Source of the DNA: an uncultured Bacillota bacterium
Lineage (GTDB): Bacteria > Bacillota_I > Bacilli_A > ML615J-28 > CAG-313
Direction: 5' to 3'
Length of the DNA: 64,000 bases
Assembly: GCA_946611195.1 (NCBI GenBank)
Contig: CAMODB010000004.1
Coordinates: 33 to 64,032, forward strand
The notes under the pieces are model-generated. The model was not told the DNA's origin, searched no databases, and worked only from the letters and a program-made list of their open reading frames with translations. A program made the position numbers and the translations under genes. Positions 29,902-39,137 of the stretch are shown here, piece by piece. Numbering within the stretch: the stretch's first letter is position 1; the number at the start of each line of letters is the position of its first letter.

Positions 29902-31284
29902 TTACTTCTTTAAATAATCTTGTAACAATACATAATTAACATCAGGATAATGCATTTGAAAGCTTCTTAGAATAGTATTGGGGTTTGCGGCAGAAGCAAA
30001 TAGTAATTTGGAAGCGGGCTTAGAAAAAAAATTTGCTACTGTTTTACAATGCTTTTTAACCATTTCTTCATCATATGTTTTTTTATCTAATTCAAGATAT
30101 GTTTTAAAGAATTGATATAAATTATCATTAGATAATAATTTAAAGATTTGATTACTATTTAATTGTTTAAAATCATAAATGATTTTATTAAATACATAAG
30201 AAGAAAAATCAAATACGGTAGAAATTAAATAACCAAGTGAAGCTGAAAATCTGGTTTGAAATTCCGTTCTTGTTTTAACAGTATAATCTTTTTCAATATC
30301 GTAAGTAGTCAAAGATTCAATAACATAATCAATAAATTCTTCTTCATTTTGATATTTATCAATTTTATTAAAACTTGCTATTTTCATCTCTTTATCTAAT
30401 AATTCATCTGTTTTTGTATAATCTAAATATATATTAGTGCCGATTCTTTTAAAACAATATTTTTCAGGGACAAGACCTTGTAAAATATCAGCTTTATTAA
30501 TAATATTATATATACCTAGGTATTCTTTATCTACATAATCTTTATCTACATAATCTTTATCGATATTATTTATATCTACTGCTCTTTGTGATTCAAAAGA
30601 ATAGGCAGCTAATTGGTTATTATTAATAATATTGTTATCTAGTAATTTTTTTGCGAGTAAATATGTTAAAGTACCAGATCTTGAATAACCGGTAATCCAA
30701 ATAAATAAATGATCATTCTCATAATTATTTAAATAATTTAAAATATTATCATATATATTATTAATTGTTGTAGTAAATCCTAGATGATTATGGTCTAAAC
30801 CTAAATTAAAATTACTAGACCATTCTAAAGAATAATAAAAACCTTTAAATGAAACCGCAACAACATCTACATCTTTTATTCTTTTATGTCCTAAAATATA
30901 GCCAGCTGTTTCAACACTATCATTTGAATAACCATTAGAAATATATATATTATCAAAATTAAGTGATTGATAAAAATTAGCAGCACTTACCTCATTAAAA
31001 TTTGCGGCAGCGGAAGAATAAGATAAATTAAGTAATTCTTTACTAAAACCATAATTAGTATTTAAAAAGAAAGAATCTTGATAAGGCGTATTAATTACTA
31101 CATCCTCATTTAAAATATAAGAATGCATTATTGAATTAATATTTTGAACTTCTTCTTTTTCTTCAATTATTTCTGGCTTTTTATCTTGTTCTTTTTGTTC
31201 TTTCTTACAACTAGAAATAAAAATAGTAAAGATGATTAAAATAATTATTAATATTTTTTTATTAATTGTTTTTACCATTTGCAT
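29902..31284 (-). CDS. Lipoprotein, possibly a lipase-like alpha/beta hydrolase
   Basis: Lipobox ISSC. WITGYSRSGT resembles a nucleophile elbow but is not canonical. Contains an in-frame DKDYV tandem repeat. Confidence 0.35.
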   Translation of the reverse strand: MQMVKTINKKILIIILIIFTIFISSCKKEQKEQDKKPEIIEEKEEVQNINSIMHSYILNEDVVINTPYQDSFFLNTNYGFSKELLNLSYSSAAANFNEVSAANFYQSLNFDNIYISNGYSNDSVETAGYILGHKRIKDVDVVAVSFKGFYYSLEWSSNFNLGLDHNHLGFTTTINNIYDNILNYLNNYENDHLFIWITGYSRSGTLTYLLAKKLLDNNIINNNQLAAYSFESQRAVDINNIDKDYVDKDYVDKEYLGIYNIINKADILQGLVPEKYCFKRIGTNIYLDYTKTDELLDKEMKIASFNKIDKYQNEEEFIDYVIESLTTYDIEKDYTVKTRTEFQTRFSASLGYLISTVFDFSSYVFNKIIYDFKQLNSNQIFKLLSNDNLYQFFKTYLELDKKTYDEEMVKKHCKTVANFFSKPASKLLFASAANPNTILRSFQMHYPDVNYVLLQDYLKK

Positions 31285-31783
31285 ATTCTTCCTTTGTTAA
31301 TTTATAAATATACATCTTACCATAATAATCATCGATATATTCATTTATTCTTTTAAAACCTAATTTTTCGGCTAATTTATATGAAGCTATATTATCAACA
31401 GTCATATAAGAATATATTTCATTATAATCAAATCTTTGAAAAAAATCTTTAAGAATTATTTGGCAAGCTTCATAAGCATATCCTTGATTCTGATATGTTT
31501 TATAGATATGATAACCTAATTCTGGTAAGAATTGATCTTTTATCTTTTGCATAGTGATACCACAATCACCAATATATTGTTTTGTTTCTTTAATTCTTAA
31601 AGCATACCAACCAAAATGATATTTTTGATAATTATCAAGATTCCATTCAATCCATCTTTTAGCTCCCTTTTCATTATAAACATTAGGATAATATTTCATG
31701 GTTTCTTTATCACTTACCATTTGATAAACATCATTAAAGTCATTTAAATTATATTCATTTATTATTAGTCTTTTTGTTTCCAT
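31262..31783 (-). CDS. GNAT (RimJ/RimL-type) N-acetyltransferase
   Basis: YQNQGYAYEA and KLAEKLGF motifs. Confidence 0.7.
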   Translation of the reverse strand: METKRLIINEYNLNDFNDVYQMVSDKETMKYYPNVYNEKGAKRWIEWNLDNYQKYHFGWYALRIKETKQYIGDCGITMQKIKDQFLPELGYHIYKTYQNQGYAYEACQIILKDFFQRFDYNEIYSYMTVDNIASYKLAEKLGFKRINEYIDDYYGKMYIYKLTKEEYANGKNN

Positions 31784-32450
31784 ATTTGTTTATTATTATC
31801 TTTCTTGATTCACTTAGCCTTTCCATAATAAAATCATCACTAAATGTATCATCTAAAATAATGGTAATCCAGTTTTTATGATTCATATGATATCCTGGGT
31901 AAAAACCATTTATTTTAATTAAATCATTTCTTTTTTCATCACTTACTTTAATATTTAAGATATCGATTGGTGTTTCATCATCATTTTTATCGAGCACTTT
32001 TCTTGGTACATTCATAATTAAACCATACCATTTATGACTATTTTTTTCTCTTATTACTCCACATCCATCATATTTTTTAAAAGGGAAATCGGGTTCTTCA
32101 TTAAATAGATCTTTAATCATTATCATTAAACGATTAGCTTGTTGTGATATAAAATAATTTTCTTTTCCGCACTTGTCTTTAATATCCATTAAAATGTCTT
32201 TATATTCTTCTCTTAAAGTATTTAAAAAAGAACTTTGGATTTTTTCATTATAGAAATTTAAGACTTCACTACCAAAATCTTCATCAATAATCTTCGCACT
32301 AAAACCTTTTTGATATTTGATTATTAATTTAAAGCCTTTTGTTTTTAATTCTTTTTCATATATATAATATTCATTATTTTTCTCAAAACCATAATCAGTT
32401 AATAATTTAAAATTAGGAATCCATTTTTTAAATATTTCTTCTTCAATCAT
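31755..32450 (-). CDS. MmcQ/YjbR-family protein
   Basis: The C-terminal GFYPGYHMNHKNWITIILD block is typical of YjbR. Confidence 0.5.
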   Translation of the reverse strand: MIEEEIFKKWIPNFKLLTDYGFEKNNEYYIYEKELKTKGFKLIIKYQKGFSAKIIDEDFGSEVLNFYNEKIQSSFLNTLREEYKDILMDIKDKCGKENYFISQQANRLMIMIKDLFNEEPDFPFKKYDGCGVIREKNSHKWYGLIMNVPRKVLDKNDDETPIDILNIKVSDEKRNDLIKINGFYPGYHMNHKNWITIILDDTFSDDFIMERLSESRKIIINKYGNKKTNNK

Positions 32451-32540
32451 AATATAACCTCTTTAAATATTATATAATTTTTTTCTTCTTTATTGTTAAT
32501 AGATAATTTATTTTTTAAAAAATGCTAGTATCAAATGATA

Positions 32541-32906
32541 CTAGCAATCTTCTTCATTATCTTTTTCGACATCTACATATTCTTTATCTTTATTTTTTTC
32601 TTCTTTATGTTTATTAGGAAATACCGCATAAAAAATAGGAATTAAGAAAAAGAGAGCCCACCAAGGATGCCATAAATTAAAAGCAATTCCTAAGACTAAA
32701 TAAATCGCAACAATAATAATTGGAAAGCTGATCTTTTCTACACCTAATATTATTGGTAAAAATATTATTAAGCTAAAAGATATTGAGGCCCAACCATAGG
32801 CATATTCAACACCGGCTTTTTTTAAATAATAACCAATAATAAAAAAACAAAATAAAGAAATAAATAGAGTTACACTACAGATTCTTATTCTTAAACTTTT
32901 TTTCAT
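32541..32906 (-). CDS. Small membrane protein with an acidic C-terminal tail
   Basis: Three or four hydrophobic helices. Confidence 0.5.
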   Translation of the reverse strand: MKKSLRIRICSVTLFISLFCFFIIGYYLKKAGVEYAYGWASISFSLIIFLPIILGVEKISFPIIIVAIYLVLGIAFNLWHPWWALFFLIPIFYAVFPNKHKEEKNKDKEYVDVEKDNEEDC

Positions 32907-32921
32907 AATTTATTACCTCCA

Positions 32922-34514
32922 TTATAAAACTGGTTCAATTAATTTAATTAATGAACAAATTCGACTAATACCTTTCTTTAATTTAAAATTCTTTGGTACT
33001 AATTGTGATTCACTAATCATAGTTTCAAAATCTTCTTTAATATCCTTCATACAATTATTTTTATATAATAGTGTTCCACATTCAAAATGATGAACTAAGC
33101 TACGATAATCAAAATTAATTGTTCCAACAAAGGCTAATTCATCATCGACTAAAACAGTTTTCATATGATTAAAGCCTTTCGAATATAAATAGATATTGAC
33201 ACCTGCATCAAGTAAATATTTAAAATGATATTCACCAACGATATAAGCAATCTTTTTATCAGGGATTCCTGGGAAGATTAAATTTACTTCTACCCCTCTT
33301 AAGGCAGCATTCCTAATCGAATCTAAAAGTTGATAGGTAGGAATGAGATATGGAGTAGAGATATATACTTTTTCTTTCGCATGATGCAGCATATTGATAT
33401 ATGTTTGTTCCCCGATTAACGCATCATCAATCCCTCCTGGCCCATCACCAAAAGGCATTACATAACCTTCATCATCATATTTTTCATAATCATAAGCGAG
33501 ATATTTATGATAATCACTAATGATTCCTGTACAAAGATTAAAATTTTGGAGGAAGGTTACTAATAAATTATTAATAGCACTTCCTTCAATCTTAACCATA
33601 GTATCTTTCCAATAACCAAATCTTTCAATTATATTAGCATATTCATCAGCTAGATTCATACCACCAGTATAAGCCATTTGATGATCGATTATTACGATTT
33701 TTCGGTGGTCACGGTTATTATATACTCCGGATAGAATTGGACGGAAAGGATGGAATTTGAAAGCTTGAATATTATATTCTTTTAATATTTTCGGTGTCTT
33801 AGAAGATATTGTACCACCACAGCCCATATCATCATAAATGATTCTAACATCGACACCATGACTAGCTCTTTCCTTTAATATTTCTACGACCTTTGACCAT
33901 AATGATCCATCAGCAATAATAAAGAATTCCATAAAAATAAATTTTTGAGCTTTTTTTAAAGATTCCATTAATTCTGGAAAAAATTCTTCACCCGTTTTAT
34001 AATACGTTACTCGGTTATTTTTATGAACGCCAAGTTCAGTAATATTATTAATATATTTAAAGGTACCAAGGGAGTTACCTAATTCTTTTTCCACCATTCG
34101 ACTTTGTTCATTACTTAATTTAAAATATTCTCGATAAGCATTATGGGTTGAATCAATAATTCTTTTATCTTTCTTTCTTAAGCCATGATTACCAAAGATA
34201 ATAAAGAGAACCGAAAAGAAGAAAGGAAGGAGTAACATTCCAATAATCCATGGTATTTTAAAATCGGGAGCTTCTTCTTTTTTGATTATTTTAAAGAAGA
34301 TCGTTAACGCAACAAGAAAGACAATAATCTTAATAAAGATATAGGCTAAAACTACCCATAATTTTATTTTATCATCGCTTACATCACCAGCGTTTAATTT
34401 ATCTATCAAGCTATCGAAACCAAATTGAAGAAAGATAACAATACCTAACTCAATTAATAAAATAAATAATACTAAAAAATAACCTGAAAAAAGATTTCTT
34501 AAAAATTTCTTCAT
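32922..34514 (-). CDS. cls: Cardiolipin synthase
   Basis: Two N-terminal TM helices. Two HKD motifs: HRKIVIIDHQMAYTGGMN and HMKTVLVDDELAFVGTINFD. Confidence 0.85.
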   Translation of the reverse strand: MKKFLRNLFSGYFLVLFILLIELGIVIFLQFGFDSLIDKLNAGDVSDDKIKLWVVLAYIFIKIIVFLVALTIFFKIIKKEEAPDFKIPWIIGMLLLPFFFSVLFIIFGNHGLRKKDKRIIDSTHNAYREYFKLSNEQSRMVEKELGNSLGTFKYINNITELGVHKNNRVTYYKTGEEFFPELMESLKKAQKFIFMEFFIIADGSLWSKVVEILKERASHGVDVRIIYDDMGCGGTISSKTPKILKEYNIQAFKFHPFRPILSGVYNNRDHRKIVIIDHQMAYTGGMNLADEYANIIERFGYWKDTMVKIEGSAINNLLVTFLQNFNLCTGIISDYHKYLAYDYEKYDDEGYVMPFGDGPGGIDDALIGEQTYINMLHHAKEKVYISTPYLIPTYQLLDSIRNAALRGVEVNLIFPGIPDKKIAYIVGEYHFKYLLDAGVNIYLYSKGFNHMKTVLVDDELAFVGTINFDYRSLVHHFECGTLLYKNNCMKDIKEDFETMISESQLVPKNFKLKKGISRICSLIKLIEPVL

Positions 34515-34604
34515 AAAAACAATATCCTTTGTTTTATTATATCACATTTTCTTTTTTAATTAATTCGAATAAACCTTTAGTGACATCTTTTAAATATGCA
34601 ATAT

Positions 34605-35747
34605 TTATTCCTTTACCGCATCGATATACATTTGTTCTAATTGATCAATCGATTTTTTAATATCATATTCTTGTCCTAAACCAACATATTTTTCTTCTTC
34701 TTTGATTCGTTTTTCATCATCACTTAACCAATAATCAATTTTTTTAGCTAAATCTTTCGGTTTTCTAGCCATAAAAATAGAATTAGGATCAAGTGCAAAT
34801 GTCGATGTTGCGGTTAAAGGTCCTTGTGCAATTATGGGAACAAGACCAGTTTGAATAGCTTCTAAGCAAGATAAGCCTTCTACTTCAATAAAAGCAGCAT
34901 GAATATAAAGATCAGCTTCTTCCGCAATAATTTGTAATTCATCTAAAGTATGGAACCCAAATTCAACTGGATATGATATATAACCTTTTTTATATAATTT
35001 ATCAGCCATCTTCTTTAATTTCTTTTCGATTGGTCCACGGCCTAAAAGAATAAGTTTTATTTTTTTATTAAATTTAGAATATTTTAAACTTTTAATAATG
35101 GTTTGTAAATCTTTTTCATTTGAATAACGACCAATGGAAATAATATTATATGTATCTTTAGGTTCATGTTTTTTCGTAATATGCATCAATTCATCTAAGA
35201 TTAAACCATTAGTAAAAGTTCTAAGTTCCGCTTTAAAATGATGTTTTTTAAGTCTGTCTTCAACATTTTTAGTAGGACAATGTACTATTTTACATTTGTT
35301 ATATACAAGAATTTTCCAGAAGAATAATAAAGTACAGTTAATAATTTTTGACCAATAAAGTTTTATTGATGCGAAAAGATTTTCAGGATGTAAATGATAT
35401 GTAGCAACACAAGGTACATGATATTTTTTAGCAAGCTTAGCTGTTTTAACTTGTATAGCAAAAGGCTCTTCAAGATGAATAACATCAGCCCATTTAATAG
35501 CTTCTATTATTACTTTCTTATCCGCTTTGGCAAATTGATAACCTTGTTTTCTAACAATACCATGGAAAATAGGTATTTTATAATCTGGTAAAATATAATC
35601 TGGTTGTTCATCACCATTATGATTCATACCAGATAATACCCTTATCTCAATTCCTCTTTTCTCAAGTTCATTCATATTTCTTCTAACAGCATTACATAAG
35701 CCATTACCTTTAGAATATAAACTATTAACTACATATAATACTTTCAT
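34605..35747 (-). CDS. GT4 glycosyltransferase (glycolipid synthase-like)
   Basis: GT-B layout. EGLSCLEA matches the E-x7-E region. Adjacent to cls. Confidence 0.65.
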   Translation of the reverse strand: MKVLYVVNSLYSKGNGLCNAVRRNMNELEKRGIEIRVLSGMNHNGDEQPDYILPDYKIPIFHGIVRKQGYQFAKADKKVIIEAIKWADVIHLEEPFAIQVKTAKLAKKYHVPCVATYHLHPENLFASIKLYWSKIINCTLLFFWKILVYNKCKIVHCPTKNVEDRLKKHHFKAELRTFTNGLILDELMHITKKHEPKDTYNIISIGRYSNEKDLQTIIKSLKYSKFNKKIKLILLGRGPIEKKLKKMADKLYKKGYISYPVEFGFHTLDELQIIAEEADLYIHAAFIEVEGLSCLEAIQTGLVPIIAQGPLTATSTFALDPNSIFMARKPKDLAKKIDYWLSDDEKRIKEEEKYVGLGQEYDIKKSIDQLEQMYIDAVKE

Positions 35748-35850
35748 TACATTCTCCTTAATATTTATATTTGTCCCTTACCTATCTATTTGTTTTATTT
35801 TATCATACCAAAAGATCTTTTTCTAAATATTTACAATTATCAAAAATCCA

Positions 35851-35880
35851 TCATCTTTTTATGATGATGGATTTATAAAT
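35851..35880 (-). terminator. Hairpin terminator after the mntA-hepT transcript
   Basis: AATCCATCATC / GATGATGGATT stem, with TTTTT following on the minus strand. Confidence 0.6.
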
Positions 35881-35886
35881 TATTAT

Positions 35887-35975
35887 TTGTCCAGGCAGAT
35901 GTCCAGGCAAATGTCCGGGCGGACATAATAAAATAAGAAAATGACACAATAAATGACACAATAAATGGCACAATA
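35887..35975. repeat. Two sets of 12-nt tandem repeats: 3 x (A/T)TGTCC(A/G)GGC(A/G)(A/G) and 3 x AATG(A/G)CACAATA
   Basis: Read directly at 35887-35922 and 35940-35975. The first set is locally GC-rich and ends in the palindrome ATGTCCG-GG-CGGACAT (35911-35926). Confidence 0.85.
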
Positions 35976-35981
35976 AAATTA

Positions 35982-36338
35982 TTAAGATAGTATTATACTA
36001 GACAAAACGTCGTTTAATTTTGGTATATCATTTAATATTACTTCATATACTATCGTATAATCAGTTTTACCATAATCATGTACAATTCTATTTCTAAAAC
36101 CTATGATATCATTCCAACTGATATTGTTATATTCGTTTTTAAACGAAGCACTCAATTTTTTTATATTTTCGCTAATTTGAATTAGTCTAAACAATATAGC
36201 ATCAATTAACTGATCATCTTCAATAAATTCTTCATATGAAATATTGCCTGTGTACTTCAATATTTTATGAATATCTTCTAAAATTATATTGATATAATAT
36301 TTATCGTCTTTTGTATTATCCATATATCTTAATACCAT
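35982..36338 (-). CDS. hepT: HepT (DUF86/HEPN) toxin of a type VII TA system
   Basis: RNRIVHDY matches the Rx4HxY HEPN motif. Overlaps the upstream MNT gene by 23 nt. Confidence 0.8.
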   Translation of the reverse strand: MVLRYMDNTKDDKYYINIILEDIHKILKYTGNISYEEFIEDDQLIDAILFRLIQISENIKKLSASFKNEYNNISWNDIIGFRNRIVHDYGKTDYTIVYEVILNDIPKLNDVLSSIILS

Positions 36339-36798
36339 CTTTCATTATTTCATTTATTAATTCAAAATTATCTTTTAAATCGTGGAAGCGAATGACATCG
36401 ACATTTTTGTTTAATGCTTGATGTAGTTTTTCGACTAATCCTACAAATTTTAAACCTGTAAGAGTAGTATCAATACATAGATCTACGTCACTATCTTCTT
36501 TTGCGTAACCTTTTGAGTATGAACCAAATAAATAACAAAAAGATATGTCCGCTTTGTATTGTTCAAGCACACTTAGAATAATTACTTTTAGTTTTTCTAA
36601 AGAATATATCCCTTTAGTCTCATTCATCTCATATTTTTCAATTAATAAATCCATTATTTTTTGATATTTTATATTTGCTTCGTCAGTACTTGCTTCATAT
36701 CTTATATATGTTCTTAACGGAATTCCGACAGATGTTGAAGCTTCTATTTGCGTTATACCAAATGATTTTCTTAATTCTTTTAAATTCATTTTGCTCAC
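36316..36798 (-). CDS. mntA: MntA nucleotidyltransferase antitoxin with an N-terminal XRE-type HTH
   Basis: GSYSKGYAKEDSDVDL matches the GSx10DxD NTase motif. N-terminal LRKSFGITQIEASTSVGIPLRTYIRYE is the HTH. Confidence 0.8.
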   Translation of the reverse strand: MSKMNLKELRKSFGITQIEASTSVGIPLRTYIRYEASTDEANIKYQKIMDLLIEKYEMNETKGIYSLEKLKVIILSVLEQYKADISFCYLFGSYSKGYAKEDSDVDLCIDTTLTGLKFVGLVEKLHQALNKNVDVIRFHDLKDNFELINEIMKDGIKIYG

Positions 36799-36809
36799 CT
36801 ACCACATAT

Positions 36810-36890
36810 ATTATATCATATTGGCATTATTTGTCAAGAAAAAAATGCCATTTTGACATTATTTTTTAAGAAATAAGTGCCATTTTGACA
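36810..36890 (-). promoter_or_regulatory. mntA-hepT promoter (TTGACA, 16 nt, TATAAT) with two upstream 13-bp direct repeats TGTCAAAATGGCA
   Basis: -10 at 36810-36815 and -35 at 36832-36837. The repeats lie at 36846-36858 and 36878-36890, 32 bp apart. Confidence 0.65.
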
Positions 36891-36960
36891 CTTTTGTTTT
36901 TACTTTGATGCAATAAAATCAATACTTTCTTTTTTATTTTATCATTAATTATATAAAAAA

Positions 36961-36990
36961 GACATTTTACTTAATTGTAAAATGTCGATT
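36961..36990 (-). terminator. Hairpin terminator downstream of the RES ORF
   Basis: GACATTTTAC / GTAAAATGTC stem, with TTTTTT following on the minus strand. Confidence 0.5.
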
Positions 36991-37219
36991 GTTTCTCTTT
37001 GGCAAAGTTATACATTTTGATACAAAACGTTTGCCACTTGGTTCAAATCGTTTGCTACTAGTTTTTATATGCTTTTGCACTAATGAAAATGCTAGATAAG
37101 GATGATTATATAAAAGCTACCCAGCGATTAAGTTGAGTAGCTTTGTTTTATTTTCTAAACCTAGAATAAGATAAATCTAGAACACGACATTTTTCTTTGT
37201 AATCTTTTGTTTCAAAATA

Positions 37220-37807
37220 CTATTCCTCAACCCCTACTTTAGCTAAAGGGAGTAAACAATTACTGTAATATTTTGGAAAAGGCGTATAGTCGTATGTGTC
37301 TGCACATACAATTCTATTACAATTCTTTCCAGGTAAATTCCCCATTCTTAAACGAACTTGGCTTATTGATAATTTTCTAAAGCTTTTTTCAAAGAAAAGG
37401 AAGTTTACGCCACCTGGATTAGCAACAGATTTATAAACTAAACAATCAAGTCTTAATTTTATTATTCCATTAATGACGTTTATTTCTTGCTCATTGAATG
37501 CAATTCCGTTTTCGTTTTTTTCTAATATTTTATGTATTTCTTTTCTTGCTGTATCAATCTAATCGGACCAATAAGATAGTTTTTGGTTAGGAAAAAGTGT
37601 GGAGTATCTATTGTTAACGTTGGATAATCTCAAATTTCCTTCATTTAATTTAAAAACATTTTTGTTGCAAAATGATGGATTGAATTCAACACATCTAAAA
37701 AAATTGAATTCATCAGTAACGTATACAGGAAATTTGTTATGCTTATAAACATTTCTTTCCCAATCATGATTAGGAAATAATGGTGCACTGATTAATTTGC
37801 CACCCAC
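37220..37807 (-). pseudogene. RES-domain toxin interrupted by an in-frame TAG (37559-37561)
   Basis: FFRCVE and NNRYS supply the Arg region, TARKEI the Glu, and YKSVANPGGVNFLFF the Ser block. Together these match the R-E-S layout. The 82 and 112 codons are in one frame, separated by TAG. The start is GTG. Confidence 0.55.
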
Positions 37808-37839
37808 TAATTAAAATCTTCTTTTATTCCTTATATCAA

Positions 37840-38697
37840 TTATTCTTTGTTATTAAATTTGTTAATACCAATCATATTGTAAAAATCCTTTAAAAATCTC
37901 TCTACATTTGAATCAATCATCCTATATAAAAACTCATCTTCGAATTTAGATAATTTATCCTTAGAATAATATGCTTCAGCGATAGATGTAGCCATAGCAC
38001 CTATTGTATCTGTATCTCCTCCTACCGCAACACAGTTTCTTATAGTATCTTCTATGCTATTAGATATTAAAAAACAATATATAGCTATAGGAACAGATCC
38101 TTGACATGAACTATTAAACTTATAATTTTTTACTAACTCATTAAAATCTAAATATTCTATTTCTTTATAATATTTATTTACCATTATTTTCTTTATCTCT
38201 TCTTTAGTAGAACCATGAAGAGATAAAAATATAGATAACGCAATAGCTTCTGCACCTTTAATTCCCTCAGGATGATTATGAGTAACTTCTGATACTGCTC
38301 TAGATAGAATTGTTACTTCTTGAACACTTCTAGCTATCCAACCAACCGGTGATATTCTCATTGCGCTACCATTACCATAAGAATTATATGGTTTTAAAAT
38401 AGACTTACTTTCATATGATTCTTTACACCAATTATAAAACATTCCACCAAAGCCAATATTCTTATGTTTATTCCAAGTATTAATAAATTCTATACATAGA
38501 TCTTTTTTTATTCCTTCTAATGATTCTTTAGAATAATTAATAGGATAATGTTTCATTAATACTTTCATTACCGCAAGAGTAAGAATAGAATCATCTGTCA
38601 TCCTCATTCTAATATCATATATATTAAAATCTTTTGTTTTACATGGATGAAATTCATAAATAGAACCAACCATATCTCCAATAATTGCGCCTAACAT
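37840..38697 (-). CDS. ADP-ribosylglycohydrolase (ARH/DraG family)
   Basis: N-terminal MLGAIIGDMVGS and C-terminal GGDTDTIGAMATSIAEAYY are ARH hallmarks. Confidence 0.75.
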   Translation of the reverse strand: MLGAIIGDMVGSIYEFHPCKTKDFNIYDIRMRMTDDSILTLAVMKVLMKHYPINYSKESLEGIKKDLCIEFINTWNKHKNIGFGGMFYNWCKESYESKSILKPYNSYGNGSAMRISPVGWIARSVQEVTILSRAVSEVTHNHPEGIKGAEAIALSIFLSLHGSTKEEIKKIMVNKYYKEIEYLDFNELVKNYKFNSSCQGSVPIAIYCFLISNSIEDTIRNCVAVGGDTDTIGAMATSIAEAYYSKDKLSKFEDEFLYRMIDSNVERFLKDFYNMIGINKFNNKE

Positions 38698-38886
38698 CTA
38701 TTTTTTATTTAAAAGATTGATTGAATCCAAAACGTTTGATTTAATCAATCCTTTAGTAACTCCTTTCGTTTTAATTAAATATTTATCTAATCCAAATTCA
38801 TAATAGTCAAATAATCTATCATCTAATATGATAAAGTTATCTACTGCCATATCTTTATTATCACAATCTTCTAAATAGTCTATGAT
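38698..38886 (-). pseudogene. 3' remnant of a HAD-like gene (…FIILDDRLFDYYEFGLDKYLIKTKGVTKGL…)
   Basis: A short open frame ends in TAG directly abutting the ARH ATG. It has no plausible N-terminus, and the frame closes at 38887. Confidence 0.3.
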
Positions 38887-39033
38887 TCCTCAGCATATGA
38901 CTATTTTAAAAATTGCGAAGAACAAGGATATATTAAAAACTTAAAGTTCAATAATAGTTACATAGAACTTAGAAAATCTATCATTGAGTATAAATTTCAC
39001 TAATACTTTAAAGCAATCATAAACACACAAAAA

Positions 39034-39068
39034 GTCTTTATAACAGTGAAAATTATAAAGACCTTTTT
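39034..39068. terminator. Bidirectional rho-independent terminator
   Basis: A 10-bp stem: GTCTTTATAA pairs with TTATAAAGAC. T runs follow on both strands. Confidence 0.65.
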
Positions 39069-39137
39069 AATAATGGAAAAACGACTTGTTCTTTATACTA
39101 TTTAAAACAAAAACAATTTGAAGAAATATTTTAACTT

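Noticed and set aside
35887-35975. Mini CRISPR array
   Set aside because: The units are 12 nt and directly abutting, with no spacers. No cas genes are present. It is reported as tandem repeats instead.
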